A DNA stretch of 63,829 nt, filler included, from Octopus bimaculoides (GCF_001194135.2; 8 parts of 8 records of this genome joined end to end with filler, not necessarily neighbours in it), one strand, 5' to 3'; numbered from the whole stretch's first letter, positions 41,131 through 55,198 are shown. Made by a program: numbers and translations. The notes: generated by a model not told the origin, from the letters alone.

Positions 41131-41634
41131 ACATACATATTTGTATACACAGACACACATATATATACATATATACATATATCTATTCATTTATCTACTC
41201 ATTCTATATATTGTTTATGTTTAGCCCTAGGTCAACCCCCAGTCAAGCAGACAAACGTTCAAAAGTCAGGCCAGCAGGGAGCATTTTCTTTCTACAAGCA
41301 TCATTTCAGTATTCATTTTAAACAGTAGGGTGTGATTTGAGGGAGATTTGGCTGCTATTTCGACCAGGTCTAGCAACCATGTAAAGGTGTCCCTCGTTGG
41401 TTCATACATAGATAGATACATACATACATAGAAATATATCAAATATATATATATATATTTGTATATATAAAAGACAAGATGTGTGTGTGTACATGAATGT
41501 AATTTATGCACGTCCACAAATTAGCATGCATAACTGCACCGTGATGTGGTGAGGGATTACTGAGTTGAGCACGGCCATTTACCTGACGGAAGGAGACTTC
41601 TATCTGCCTTCTTACCAAAGTTTTTGCTAGGTTT

Positions 41635-41678
<44 letters not shown>

Positions 41679-42419
41679 CATTATCAGTTAGTCTTTCTAT
41701 CTATTGAATATATGTTTACTTATATTTATGTGTATATGTCTGTGTGTGTATTTGTGTTTGTGTATATGTGAATGTGTGTGTGTGTGGAAAGAGAGAGAGA
41801 GAGAGCTGACCCAAGAATATTCCAGATTTAAGTAATTCTTCTGAAGAATTTCTTTCTTCACTGTTTTTCTGTAAAATTCTCTGGGACAATGAACTTTAGC
41901 AACGTCTGTGTTTGTGGGTATTTATATAAATATATAGCCACATCTACATATAAATACACTCACCTATGTATATATATATATTTATATTAGGGACAATGCC
42001 ACAATTTTCTAAAGCATCTGTGTGTATGTGTGTGTGTATACATACATACATATATGTGTGTGTGTGTACACAAAGTAATGTATTAAAAAATGATGCCATT
42101 GTTCTTAACTATTTTAGTAACACACTTGCAGCTCAATGATGTACACGTGCTCATTAAACACGTACACACACACATGAACGCATATATATATACATACACA
42201 CATACATACTCACAATTCTATGTTAATGCATCGACCATCAGGACACCGACTCCCAGCACCATCCGAATTATGCAAGAAAAACTTGTGAACTTCCAGAACT
42301 GTGATTCATAACTGATATAGTCTATGCATTTCAATTTATTTTCTCTTCCCTTTCTGCATGACTAAATTGACTAAAAAGAATTCTTGAAACCAGTAACACG
42401 TTTCAATAAAAATGTAAAT

Positions 42420-42820
42420 ATGTTGTCCATGCTGGCATGAGTTGAACGCTTTGACCAAGGCCCGGTAAGCTGGAAGGCTGCACCAGACTCCAGTCGGATT
42501 TGGTATGGTTTTCTTCAGCTGGATGCCCTTCCTAATGCCAACCACTCCGAGAGTGTAATGGGGGATTTTATGTGCCACTGGCACAGGTGCCATTTGCATG
42601 ACACCAGTATCTGCCACGGCATCTGGCAATGCTTCTACAGCTGGATGCCCTTGCTAAATCGCCAACCACTCCAAGAGTGTAGTGGCTGCTTTTTATGTGC
42701 TAATGGCATGGGAGCCAGTCAGGTGGCACTGGCATCGGCCTACGGTGCTTTTTACGTGCTACTGGCACAGGAATCAGACTGGGCAGGGGAGGGAGTGTCG
42801 GTGTTGCGGGGGCGTTGATG
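42420..42820 (+). repeat. Interspersed repeat with internal tandem duplication
   Basis: cagctggatgcccttcctaatgccaaccactcc at about 42517 is repeated at about 42637. Confidence 0.6.
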
Positions 42821-43119
42821 GTACTTTTTATAAATACATTTATATATAAACATGTACGTATATTTATGTAGGTATGTACACACACACACACACACACATG
42901 TTTATATGTGTATGGATACAATATAACATGGTCCAATGTATGTCACCCTAATTGTATTTCCTCTTCATTCTCTTTCAGTACATTCTGTTCATATACACAT
43001 ACATACAAATCCACACACACACACACACACACATATATATGCATAAATATATATATGTATGTATGCGTGTTTATATGTATGTATATTTATTCACATATAT
43101 ATACACATATACATACTGT

Positions 43120-43159
<40 letters not shown>

Positions 43160-43647
43160 NNNNNNNNNNNNNNNNNNNNNNNNNNNNNNNNNNNNNNNNN
43201 NNNNNNNNNNNNNNNNNNNNNNNNNNNNNNNNNNNNNNNNNNNNNNNNNNNNNNNNNNNNNNNNNNNNNNNNNNNNNNNNNNNNNNNNNNNNNNNNNNNN
43301 NNNNNNNNNNNNNNNNNNNNNNNNNNNNNNNNNNNNNNNNNNNNNNNNNNNNNNNNNNNNNNNNNNNNNNNNNNNNNNNNNNNNNNNNNNNNNNNNNNNN
43401 NNNNNNNNNNNNNNNNNNNNNNNNNNNNNNNNNNNNNNNNNNNNNNNNNNNNNNNNNNNNNNNNNNNNNNNNNNNNNNNNNNNNNNNNNNNNNNNNNNNN
43501 NNNNNNNNNNNNNNNNNNNNNNNNNNNNNNNNNNNNNNNNNNNNNNNNNNNNNNNNNNNNNNNNNNNNNNNNNNNNNNNNNNNNNNNNNNNNNTATTAAT
43601 CTATTTACAAACCCATCCATCTATCTCTCTATTCTGTATTTCTGTAT

Positions 43648-43692
<45 letters not shown>

Positions 43693-44074
43693 CCTCTATC
43701 TATCTATCTATCTATCGATCTGTCTATCTGTCTATCTATCTATCTATCTATCTACCTATCTATCTCTCTCTATCTATCTATCTCTCTCTATCCACCTATC
43801 TATCTATCTATCTGTCTATTTATCTATCCCTCTATCCACCTATCTATCTATCTATCTCTATCTATCTACCTACCTACCTACCTTCTGACCAACCTACCTC
43901 CACAACCATCTTGTCATCTCCTCTTCCCCATCTTTCCCTGCTTCTCTCATCCTCTCCCACTCAGTTCTGTCTTCTCAGGAATTCGGTCAGTAATTCTACA
44001 CCCAACCCGAAGCTGGTTCCGCTACGAACCAGTCTCTTGTTTTGATGTTGTTGAGATTCATTTGCTTGTTGTCT

Positions 44075-44280
44075 GTGATCACAGGCCTATCTGGATCAGG
44101 ACTGACCTGGGGTTAAACAACAACAACACGTATAGCCACTGATACTAACTACTATACTATACATTAGATAATGTAGTCCTAGATACACTATGCCTGAATA
44201 AAAGATGGGAGGGTCACAGCTGGGACATCTTTGATCATGGATCTGTCTGGATCAGGACTGACCTGGGGCTAAACAACAAC
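44075..44280 (+). repeat. Short retroposon-like repeat with duplicated end and (CAA)n tail
   Basis: tctggatcaggactgacctgggg(t/c)taaacaacaac occurs at about 44091 and 44246. Confidence 0.55.
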
Positions 44281-44465
44281 TTTAACTACTACCACTACTA
44301 CCACTACCACTACTACTGCTGCTAGTAGTGACCGTGATCAGCAGCACCACCTCCACCACCACCACNNNNNNNNNNNNNNNNNNNNNNNNNNNNNNNNNNN
44401 NNNNNNNNNTTAATTAATTAANNNNNNNNNNNNNNNNNNNNNNNNNNNNNNNNNNNNNNNNNNNN

Positions 44466-44510
<45 letters not shown>

Positions 44511-44981
44511 TATGCATGTATGTATGTATGTATGTATGTATGTATGCATGCATGCATGCATGCAAGTATAGACAGATAGCTAGCTAGCTAGATAGATAGA
44601 TTGCAAGCTAGTTGGCTAGCTAAATAGATAGATAGATAGACAGATAGATAGAATTTATATATTGTCCATGTCTCCACATCCAAATCTGCTTCACAACCCA
44701 TCTTCCTCTATCTCTCTTTCACAACTCCTATCCTTCCACCACTCTTCTAACTACAGTACTATCTCAGCTACTGTAATTATAATTATATGAGAGCAGAGAT
44801 GCACATATTTCATCCCTTACAATTTTGTGCTACCAGTTTCCTGAAGGTACCTCCAAGGAGAAGAGGTACCTTCACATGTCACCCACTTCATATTTTCAAT
44901 ATCATCCCATACCACTATTGAACACTTTTTTATGTCAGCCATCAACTCAGCCTGCTCTTGTTTATCACTCTCTCTCTCTCT

Positions 44982-45039
<58 letters not shown>

Positions 45040-45229
45040 ATATACATGGGATGCTCATATTTTGCCAATTAAACACATGCACCATATATTTGGTCTTCAC
45101 TGCTATTATTTTAGTTTCTTTGTCAAAGTTCTTTTGTCACACATTCTGTGACCTCTCCAGCAACTCTCTATCCCACATGTCTCCTCTTGTTATACTTATT
45201 CTACAGAAAGACATATTATATATATGGTA

Positions 45230-45450
45230 GTTGTCTACTCCTTATGCAGAGTCTCACCACCTCTTGAACCTACACCTCAGATCCATCATGGCATCTGATG
45301 TGGCTTTTTAAACCAGACAATGTATCGGAAAGACACCCACATAGTTTGCATATCTGATTTGGACCACCAAGAGGTGCAGTTAAATTCTGATCTTTGGGAA
45401 TTTTAAAATGTCTTTTGAAGCCTCCATTATATTTGCAGACATTATGGTAT
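45230..45450 (-). mobile_element. LINE ORF2 3' end with C2H2 finger (RTE-like)
   Basis: ICKLCGCLSDTLSGLKSHIRCHD* read on the minus strand. Confidence 0.65.
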
Positions 45451-45719
45451 ACGTCTTATAATATACATATATAAATATATATATAATTATATATATATAT
45501 ATATATACATAAAAATACAAAATGGGACAAGAATGCAAAATATCCAGATAGTAAGGTGACACAAGAAAGGGACAACAAAACATCCAGATAGACAATACAA
45601 AGAAAACAAGAACGGGTCAATCAGAGCTTTCTTTCCTCACTCGAGTTCCAGATTATCTTTGCAATTTTGGCTGGTTATACTCGAGATTGCTCCAATCTGG
45701 CCAGCTGTTCCATATTTAT

Positions 45720-46798
45720 TTTCTAAGACTAGGACTACATTTACCAATGTATCCTTTCTATTTTACTTTATGAGAGTAGGGTCCAATTTGAAAGAAATTT
45801 GACTACTATCTGTAGAATATTAGACAAAAGCATGAAGAGGTTTCAATGTTGGTTCACAAAAAAAAAAAAGAAAGAAAGAAGAAAAAAGAAAGAAGAAAAA
45901 AAGAAACAAACCTATTCTTTCTCCTGGGGTAATATTCAAAGTAAAAATGAAGATAAAAGGAAGCCTTGAATTATGTCTACTGTGAGCATTCACATATGAC
46001 ACTTCTACTCTAGTGGAAACTTGAAACAGAAATATTTCTAGCCTGAATGACTGAACATTTCTCCTGACATAGCCAACTTCAGGTAATATTGGTTTCAGAA
46101 TTGTATATATTACCTTAAGTCAGCTACATTTAAGAACTTCGATGGAAGAAGTTTGGAATTGTGGTGAAGTGAAGCCTCTTCTTTGAATGAATGAATGAAT
46201 GAATGAATGAACACTTCTGAATTTTTTTTTCCCCTTTTATTTGCAGTTCCACTAGCATATCTATCTATCTATCCCTCTCTCTCAGCCTCTCTCCCTCTCT
46301 CTCAGCTTCTCTCCCCCTCTCCTCTCTCCCCTCTCCTCTCTCCCTCTCTCTCCCCTCTCCTCTCTCTCCCCTCTCCTCTCTCTCCCCTCTCCTCTCTCTC
46401 CCCTCTCCTCTCTCTCCCCTCTCCCCTCTCTCCCCTCTCTTCTCCCCCTCTTTCCCCTCTCCTCTGGCTCTCCTCTCTCCCTCACTCTCCTCTCTCCCTC
46501 TCCTTTCTCCTTCTCTCTCTTTCTCCTTTTCTCTGTGCCTCTCTAATCTATTAGTGAGCTAGCTATCCAAAACAAACACACATGCATAAACAAATATGCA
46601 CACACACATACACACACACACACACACATACGCACGAATACATACTTGTTTGTGTGTGCATGCATGCATTCATACATGCATGCATGTATGTATGTATGTG
46701 TCTATGTATTTGATCTGGACAGGCAGCTAGCTAGCTAGACAGATAGTGTGAAAGATGTATGTACATATGCTTTCATATATTCATATATATACATATAC

Positions 46799-46830
<32 letters not shown>

Positions 46831-47614
46831 NNNNNNNNNNNNNNNNNNNNNNNNNNNNNNNNNNNNNNNNNNNNNNNNNNNNNNNNNNNNNNNNNNNNNN
46901 NNNNNNNNNNNNNNNNNNNNNNNNNNNNNNNNNNNNNNNNNNNNNNNNNNNNNNNNNNNNNNNNNNNNNNNNNNNNNNNNNNNNNNNNNNNNNNNNNNNN
47001 NNNNNNNNNNNNNNNNNNNNNNNNNNNNNNNNNNNNNNNNNNNNNNNNNNNNNNNNNNNNNNNNNNNNNNNNNNNNNNNNNNNNNNNNNNNNNNNNNNNN
47101 NNNNNNNNNNNNNNNNNNNNNNNNNNNNNNNNNNNNNNNNNNNNNNNNNNNNNNNNNNNNNNNNNNNNNNNNNNNNNNNNNNNNNNNNNNNNNNNNNNNN
47201 NNNNNNNNNNNNNNNNNNNNNNNNNNNNNNNNNNNNNNNNNNNNNNNNNNNNNNNNNNNNNNNNNNNNNNNNNNNNNNNNNNNNNNNNNNNNNNNNNNNN
47301 NNNNNNNNNNNNNNNNNNNNNNNNNNNNNNNNNNNTACATATAGATGCTACTTACAAAGAAGAAAGAGAAGATATGCTGACCTTTTCAACCATGCTATAA
47401 AAAAATAAAATGGAAAAAGAACCTACCACCATCGACAAACTCTAAATTTTCTTCAGAGGCCAGTCCTAGAATTCCTTAAATAAACATGTTTTCTGCTTCT
47501 TCTTATTGACATGACATTGCCGAATAAAATGACAAAAATAATCCAGTAATATGCACACACACACACACGCATGTTTGTATGTATGTATTATGTATGTATG
47601 TTTGTATGTATGTT

Positions 47615-47652
<38 letters not shown>

Positions 47653-48031
47653 AAAGTGAGGCAGTTATGACATGGAATAAACTCTTACTGGAATTAATGT
47701 GAATATAGAGAAGTTTTGAAAAATCGCTGATAGATATAAAAATATATAAATATAACACTATTAAGTAGTAAAACTATAAAACATCAGCTTTGGATCTATT
47801 TACATGAACCTATTTCCTTGATATTATTGGATCTGAAATGCAAGCTGTGATCCATTTTGACACTCTATTGGATAGCTGGTTTTCAATGTTGACAAGTAGC
47901 CGATTTTAAAGAATACATTGAATGAAAAAGTGTCTTGATACTTTGAGTTGTGTTGTGATATTTTTACTTTCACAGCTTGTATCATATATAAAGGTTTATA
48001 TGTGCATCCTTGTGTGTTTGTATGTAAATAA

Positions 48032-48062
<31 letters not shown>

Positions 48063-48250
48063 GGTGAGAGTGTGCATGAATATTTATATATATATTATAA
48101 CACAAATGGGCTGAGGTTCACTACAGCTGTTTCAGATTTGATTTTATTGATGGACAGATCAATTATATCAGGTAAAAAGACGTTTTCTTCAGGTGAATTA
48201 AAAATTAAAATTAAAATTAAAATTAACATTTAGGATCTTTCATACAAAGA
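45720..48250 (-). pseudogene. LRR-coding relic J
   Basis: VKISQHNSKYQDTFSFNVFFKIGYLSTL (ORF 47824..48105) and SLHHNSKLLPSKFLNVADLR (about 46090-46170). Confidence 0.45.
46260..46545. repeat. Compound CT-rich pyrimidine tract
   Basis: Repeated ctctccccctctcct units. Confidence 0.9.
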
Positions 48251-49019
48251 GTATAGAATGCGTATTGTCTCTCTCATCTCAGTGCCGGTTGAGAGAATAT
48301 ATATATACATATTTATATATATATTCTCTCCATGTTGGGCCACTGAAATCTACAAGTTTTTTCATTCTCTCTCAGTTTATTTTCTCTTCTTCCTTTCTGT
48401 TGAAGAGCGTAGGCTCGAAACATAAAAGATTTTTTCATTTTTCCCAAGTACTAAACTAGTACACTTGCATGTTGTTCATACATCTGTCTTTGTCTTTCGT
48501 TTTTCTATAAATTTCAACTATATATATATGTATATATATATGTATATATATATAACTAATGCTTAGCAGCATGTCATCAATCTTTATGTTCTGGGTTCAA
48601 ATTCTGCCAAGGACAACTTTGCCTTTCATCCTTTCAGGGTCAACAAAATAAAATACCAGTTGAGCAATGAATTCAATGTAGTTGACTAGTTCCTTCTGCC
48701 AAAATTTCAATTCTTGTAAATTTAGTAGAAAGAACCACTCTTGCTGTAGTTGTTGTTTAAGAAAGAAAAGAAAAAGACAGTGACCTGGCAGGACCATTTG
48801 CATGCTTAGTGGCATTTCATCCATCTTTACAACCCAAGTTGAAGTTCTGCCAAGGTTGACTTCGCGTTTCATAATTTCGGGGTTGATGAACTAAGTACAT
48901 GTTGAGTAATTGGGGCTGATGTAATCCCTTCCGCTGAAAGTGCTGTCCTTGTGCTGAAATTTACAATCATTATTATTTGATGAAAACTCTCAGCTTGTTT
49001 TGCTAGGTATGATGGAAAG

Positions 49020-49365
49020 TGTCTGCTGCCTGCAGCCAGCAGACAAAATTGACACTTGTTTACTGATCATGCTTCAAGAACCCCATAGAGAACTCTTGCA
49101 GTTCCAGTCAGTGAAGATTTTCATAGGAGTTCTATCTTTACATTTGCACCAATCCTTTTGAGCCATGTTGGTAGCTGAGTGCTGATACTTTGAGTGCTGG
49201 TATTTCCAAGTGTGCCAATTACTATTGGCATTATGTCCACTCTCTTCATTGCCCACAACCTGTGTATTTCCCACTTCAAATCATCATAGAAGTTTAGCTT
49301 TCCTTCTTTCTCTTTGATCCTGTTGTCACCGAGACATACTATGTTGATTATCATGCAAGTTTCTT
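49020..49365 (-). mobile_element. Older REL-endonuclease LINE fragment
   Basis: ORF 49121..49354 CLGDNRIKEKE...YDDLKWEIHRLWAMKRVDIMPIVIGTLG. Confidence 0.7.
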
Positions 49366-49384
49366 CTTCTTCTTCTTCTTCTTC

Positions 49385-49452
<68 letters not shown>

Positions 49453-49620
49453 GTTCAGTAGTTTTATTTTTATAACGTACTTTCACTTCACTACCGAGCG
49501 CAGCTCTGTGCGCCTTGGGTATGTACTGTGGTTTGCTGTGGTGCTCTTATGCTTACTGTATTGAAAGTGCTTTGCGTAGAATGTGTGCAGTACCCAGTAG
49601 TGCAATTTTCTGTATGTTAT
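49453..49620 (-). mobile_element. 5'-truncated copy of the same R4/Dong-like family inside a (TAA)n array
   Basis: Reverse complement matches 17430-17595; (TAA)n on both sides. Confidence 0.8.
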
Positions 49621-49639
49621 ATATTATTATTATTATTAT

Positions 49640-51524
49640 TGTCTTTCAAGCAGATGGATGTGTCTCCTGAAGCTCCGTAAGTTGTTGCCGAATTTTATTA
49701 GAAAATTTGTTCAAAGTATTAATATTTTTGTATATTTGTGTAGCCAAGCCGACTAGGTTCTTGCAGAGCTAGTCGGTTAGGCGGAATTTTCCCCTTTTAG
49801 GGGCAAAATTTTCGTTTAAATCTTTGAAATTTTGTATTCAAACTTAAATATGTTGTCAAAATGTCGTTGAAGAGAACAGTTAGCCGTTCCCTTCTTTGTC
49901 CACCACACCCTACAATAAAGGACAGCATATCAAGTCGTGTTTTAAATGTAAACAAGCTCCACCTGATTCACGCCGTAAAAGGTAAGGAAGAAAATGAAAA
50001 AGAGCATTCAACCTTGTGCAGCGCTTCTAATGAAAATGAAGGCGTTTCTTTCAACAGCTTTTCACCTGTGCATTTCCCTGCTCTCACCTCCACCATTGCT
50101 CCTCCATTGGAGAAGGAGAAAGAGAAGAAAAGCAGTAACACCAACGAAGACAACACCAGCAACATCACCAAGACCAACAACAAAAGCTATTGTAACGGTT
50201 TCGCTTCCGCAGCTAAGCAAAGCTCGGAAGAGATCAAAGTTACACTGGAGGAAATTAAAGACGCAAAGGAGTTGTTAAGGAAAGATGGAAACAATGTCTT
50301 CCTTAACACTCCACAAACACTAATAACAGAAACAAACAAAAGGACAATAATTTATAAGACATTTAACGTAAAATATAAAAAGATGGAAAATGCTGCTCCA
50401 CTGAGGTTGGAGATAGCACTAAAGCCCATATGGGGAAAGAAAAGTTTCATAACCAAAGGGAAGCGGTTTGGAACGGTAGAAGTCCGCTTTCCAATGGAGG
50501 AAAAAGCCATCTAACATTCAACAACGCCCCTCAAAGTAGAGGATTTGCTACTCGTGCCAACATACCTTGGTCGGTGCGTGATGAAAATTAAAATCGATCA
50601 AGTGCCGCCAGAACTCAACATATGCTGGCTAGTGGCAGCTGTGCTTTTCGACATTGAAGAAACTGCCACTATTTTGGAAGTGCACAAGTTGCAAAGCCAG
50701 AACTGGTCGGGTACGGGCATGCAACTACTTGTTCAAATTGAACAAAATAGCATAAATGCCATACCCGACTCTATAAATTTGCCAGATGGCACGAGATTAC
50801 ACATTGCTGTAGAGGGACGAAGGCCAAAATGCTACCTCTGCAACAGCAAAATGCATCTCAAAGTAGATGGCCCAATATATAAAAAAAAAATGGAGGCGGA
50901 GAGGAAGAAGTCGCAACCACAACCACAACAACAACAACAACAACAAGAGACACAGCAGAAGCAAAAGTCTAAAGCTTCCGCACTACCAACACCATCACCA
51001 CCACCACGAAAAGCAACACCCCCTCCAACACTCATCAGACCAACACCAACACCAAGAACAACAACACCAAAAAAGACAATAGTCCCATCACCACCAACAA
51101 CAACAACACCATTTTCAACAGAGAAAACAGATGAAAATACATTACAAATTAATTGACCCTAAGTGTTGTATTTCCCTTGGGAGACTCGCAGAGATAACAC
51201 ACCGAGTTGTACAATTTAATTATTACATTTATTATTCAATTACATACAAAGAACGCACTCACCCAAAGTTCGTTATGAATAAACAAGAATCATGTCCGCC
51301 ATATATCTATCAATGACATTTTACTACGACAGTCACACAAGACAACAACAATGAAACAATGAACTCAGACGAACCACATTGACACAGGACTTCAGACGAA
51401 CACAAATCCAACAGTCCATATAACACCTCCCCACTGAAATTGATGCTACACAAGAAGTATCAACAGCAAAGTCTCTCTTGGGTTTTACGGGTTCTCTTGG
51501 ACCGTCTTGGGTTGTCTGGTCCAT
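49640..51524 (+). mobile_element. 5' part of an L1/Tx1-like LINE: UTR plus ORF1 with one internal stop
   Basis: ORFs 49861..50514 and 50545..51156 are in frame. VEGRRPKCYLCNSKMHLKVDGP is a degenerate zinc knuckle followed by a Q/P/T-rich tail. Confidence 0.75.
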
Positions 51525-52009
51525 NNNNNNNNNNNNNNNNNNNNNNNNNNNNNNNNNNNNNNNNNNNNTTAATTAATTAANNNNNNNNNNNNNNNNNNNN
51601 NNNNNNNNNNNNNNNNNNNNNNNNAAGACAGAGAGGGGAGGGTACAGTTTTATTGGATAAGAGACGCAACAGTTCTGGGTCCCGTTTTAATTTTTTTTTA
51701 TTGCTACCCTCCCTAGTCTCTTTGTTCGACTTTTGTCATCTTTCTCCCTTCTTCTGTCTGCCCACACCTCTCTTTCTTAGACACTTTCGTTGACTACCCT
51801 TTGAAGTGACGGTTGGCAAGTGTCGTTTGCTATTTGTAATAAGACAGGGGCGTTTAATAAAGAGACAGCAGCATACGCTAAGACATTACCTTCAGCCTGA
51901 AGGTGCGGCTGCGAAGGAATGTTGCTGAGAGATTCAAGGACTTTACTGTTTCAAACCAACTGCGAAAGACTCATAGAATATGATAAAAAAACAAAACAAA
52001 ATAGAACAC

Positions 52010-52260
52010 AGAAGAAGAAGAAGAATGGTGAAGAAGAAGAAGAAGAATGGTGAAGAAGAAGAAGAAGAAGAAGAAGAAGAAGAAGAAGAAGAAGAAGAAT
52101 GGTGAAGAAGAAGAAGAATGGTGAAGAAGAAGAAGAAGAAGAAGAAGAAGAAGAAGAAGAAGAATGGTGAAGAAGAAGAAGAAGAAGAAGAAGAAGAAAA
52201 ACGTAGTCGAAGAAGAAGAGGAAGAACAACAACAACAACAATAATACTAATAACAACAAT
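52010..52260. repeat. (GAA)n array punctuated by GAATGGT, followed by (CAA/TAA)n
   Basis: Direct reading. Confidence 0.9.
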
Positions 52261-52282
52261 AGCAGTAAATAATCGCACTTAC

Positions 52283-54883
52283 TTTTGGTTTTCAAGAGAG
52301 TTTCCATTAAAGTCCTCAATGCGGAAGCTGAAACTGTCATTGACTTCATTGGTCTTGGGGTTTATGATATAGAGCAAACTCTGTTCGTCGAGGTCCTTCT
52401 GTGTGAACTTCCGGTGGACGTATCTCTTGGCTGCTATGTTCTCAATGTGACCGTTGACCGGTCGCTTCGTAATGACGTACAGCAGATGAGAACTGTCGGT
52501 GTCTGAATCAAAGGCTCTCAGAGACTTGCTGGTTAACTTGAAACCGTAACGTTTCTTGCCGAAACTCTCCAGGTTTTCCGGGCTTTTGTTGATCTGTAGC
52601 TGAGGAGCGTCTTGCGATAGGGATTTTATGTGAATGTTGCAGACGACCGGCTGGGTGGAAAGAGACGTGTTGGTATAAAACCCATTGTGATGGCCGTCAC
52701 TTATCATGAACATGAAGTGGTCAAAAGTAGCTAATGAACCATCACTTTCGTACGAGATGCGACCCTTGTTGATGTCCTGCTGGGTGAAAGAGTGGACCAC
52801 TAGATTGTTGAGGTTATACAGGTGACCAAATTTAGGAGGTTTGACAATTTCGTAAGTGAGGTTTTCCACAGAAGTGTCGGGGTCGGTAATTTTCAAATGG
52901 AGTGTGCTCACAGCAACCTTCGCCCCTTGAATCACTTCGATAGGGTTGTTGACCTCCAGCGTGGGCAATACTTCGTCCTGAGATTCGATATGAATAAGGA
53001 GCTGATCGTCTCTAGTGTATTTTAAGCCGTTAGTCACGGTGAACGAGAAGTAGTCTTCGGCGATGTCACTTTTGGATATGTGGTTATACACAACCTGCTG
53101 TCCGGCCAAGTCGAGCTGAGTGAAGCCCTTAATGGACACGAAAGGAGCGTTGATGTATTCCAATTGTCCCAAACTAGGAGCTTTAGTGATTGTGAAGTGG
53201 ATTTCTTCAGCAGCCGTGCTACCATCAGAAGCGCTTAGGATCTCGTTAGATAAGATAGCGCGGGCTCCTTCTTTGATTTTAAGTCCTTTGTTGAGTAACG
53301 AGATCTTCGTCGCTTTGGAGTTTTTGATGTGGAATGAAAAAGTAAGAGGGCCGTGTTTGTTGACTCCGTCTGTCAGCACGAAGATGAAACTGTCGACTTT
53401 CGACTGAGTGTCATCACTAGAGTGAATGTAACGTATTCGGTCACTGTTGATATCGTCCTGGGTGAAATTAGCCCCCATTTCAAAGTCATACCATCTAGCC
53501 TGAGCAGGTGGATAAGAAGATTCCATTCTGTATTGAAGGTTTCCTATTTTCGGAAGAGAAATCAACACAAATATTAAGTTTGAGGGGTTTGTGTCTTTGT
53601 CTTCGGCCAGCAAGCTGCTGCTGGATATCAGACCAAAGTTGCCGTATTCAAGACTGAGGCCAGAATTTTTAGTAATGATGGGTTTTTCGTCGTTGACCGG
53701 AATAATGGTTATATTGCACGTTTTTCTTACGGCGTGTTTACTGTCGCTTACGACAAGCACAAATCGGTCGTGGAAGTTCTCGGAATCATCGTGTTTGTAT
53801 TTCAATTGAATTCCGTTCTGTAGTTCTTCGATAGAGAAATCTCTGAATGGTCTTTCAACTCCTCCAGTCTTTGATTGCGACATTACAACAATTTTACCGA
53901 ATTTCGGCGGCTTGGAAATGGAAAAAGTAAGTGGGTCTTTGGGAACGTCTAAGTCGATGGCATCGACAATGGATTGGTTGATGGTCTTGGTGCCACCTTC
54001 AAGAATGGCAAAGTCTTGCAGCATGACGTCAGGTACTTCATCGTTTGTCGGGATGATGTTGATGGCCAGTGTTTTCGTTTCGGAGTGTAGCTTCCCATCC
54101 ATCGCATACAGCTCCACTGAATCGTACAGCGGTTCCACACCGATGTGATTCGTTTGTACATAGTTGATGGATTTATCGAGGACGTCTTGCAAGCGGAAAG
54201 AATTGATTTGGATTCCGGCATTGCTCTTCCCCGACCCGGGTGTCGGTTTCGTATTCTCCAGGTATCCCCATTGGGGTTGTTTGACAATCATGAAACGGAT
54301 GTTGCGCGGAAGAGTATCGATATCCTCCGCATTTAAGTTTTCCACTGTCACTACAAACGTACTTCCTTCTTGAAGGAGTATCTGGTTGCCGGACAAAATG
54401 TTCGGTTTCTGGTTATCAACCGGCGTTATTGTAATGTTCAAATCATAAATGGGAAGCTCTATAGCTGAAGCATAGTTCTGGTCAGAAACTATGAAAGACA
54501 CGCTGTCTTGCTTCGGAGTGGGGCCAATTTCGTCACCATTGTGGTGATATTTTACCACCTTCTCTTTAATGTTTTGTTGAGTGAACTTCGTGACGGCGTA
54601 GCTGTTCACCTTTAGAGTGCCGTGGCGCGGTTGCTTTACAATCAGAAAGGTCAGAAGTTCTTCGTCAGTGTCGTCATCTTTTGCCGACAGCACGGATGAC
54701 GTGACCACGGCGTCGTTGCCTTCCGACACGATCAGATGTGGTTTCAATCCGTCTCGCAGTCGCGGCGCCTGGTCATCGATAGGGACAATATCAATGTTTA
54801 TATCTTTCGTCACTTGGTGGATGCCGTCGGTCAGAGTAAGAGAGAAACTGTCCACGATCACTTCCGATCCGTCCTGGATGTAC
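52283..54883 (-). CDS. FREM1: Large internal exon of a FRAS1/FREM-family basement-membrane protein (tandem CSPG/cadherin-like repeats), most similar to FREM1
   Basis: Open frame (ORF 52279..54861) with repeated CSPG motifs (DSFSFTVTNG, FTQQDINKGRISY, PxxG). Acceptor tttacctag|G at 54883 and donor AA|gtaagt at 52283; 2601 nt, phase 2-2. The C-terminal HRKFTQKDLDEQSLLYIINP resembles FREM1 more than FREM2 as I recall them; orthology unverified. Confidence 0.93.
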
Positions 54884-54928
54884 CTAGGTAAACAAAATAT
54901 TTATATATAGAGAGAGAAAGAGAGAGAA

Positions 54929-54969
<41 letters not shown>

Positions 54970-55037
54970 GTATCTCAACAGGCATGATAGAGCTGCACAA
55001 TATATTCACTGGGTAATATGCAAAAACCTGGACTTGN
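54970..55037 (+). mobile_element. R4/Dong-like fragment starting inside (AAT)n, cut by a gap
   Basis: KYLNRHDRAAQYIHWVICKNL. Confidence 0.6.
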
Positions 55038-55136
55038 NNNNNNNNNNNNNNNNNNNNNNNNNNNNNNNNNNNNNNNNNNNTTAATTAATTAANNNNNNNN
55101 NNNNNNNNNNNNNNNNNNNNNNNNNNNNNNNNNNNN

Positions 55137-55198
<62 letters not shown>

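Noticed and set aside
44842-44874. 12-bp perfect hairpin TGAAGGTACCTC/GAGGTACCTTCA
   Set aside because: Isolated, no context; compatible with chance.
47356-47394. 39-nt stretch with good acceptor and GTAAGT donor (microexon candidate)
   Set aside because: Lies inside relic J, reads as LRR-like, and shows no FREM similarity; unsupported without cDNA.
51890-51959. 70-nt candidate next FREM exon ending in RTFRLK
   Set aside because: Splice sites are plausible but the peptide does not resemble Calx-beta and the DNA may be a repeat; left unannotated.
52285-54910. Plus-strand ORFs overlapping the FREM exon
   Set aside because: Antisense shadows of a GC-richer coding exon.
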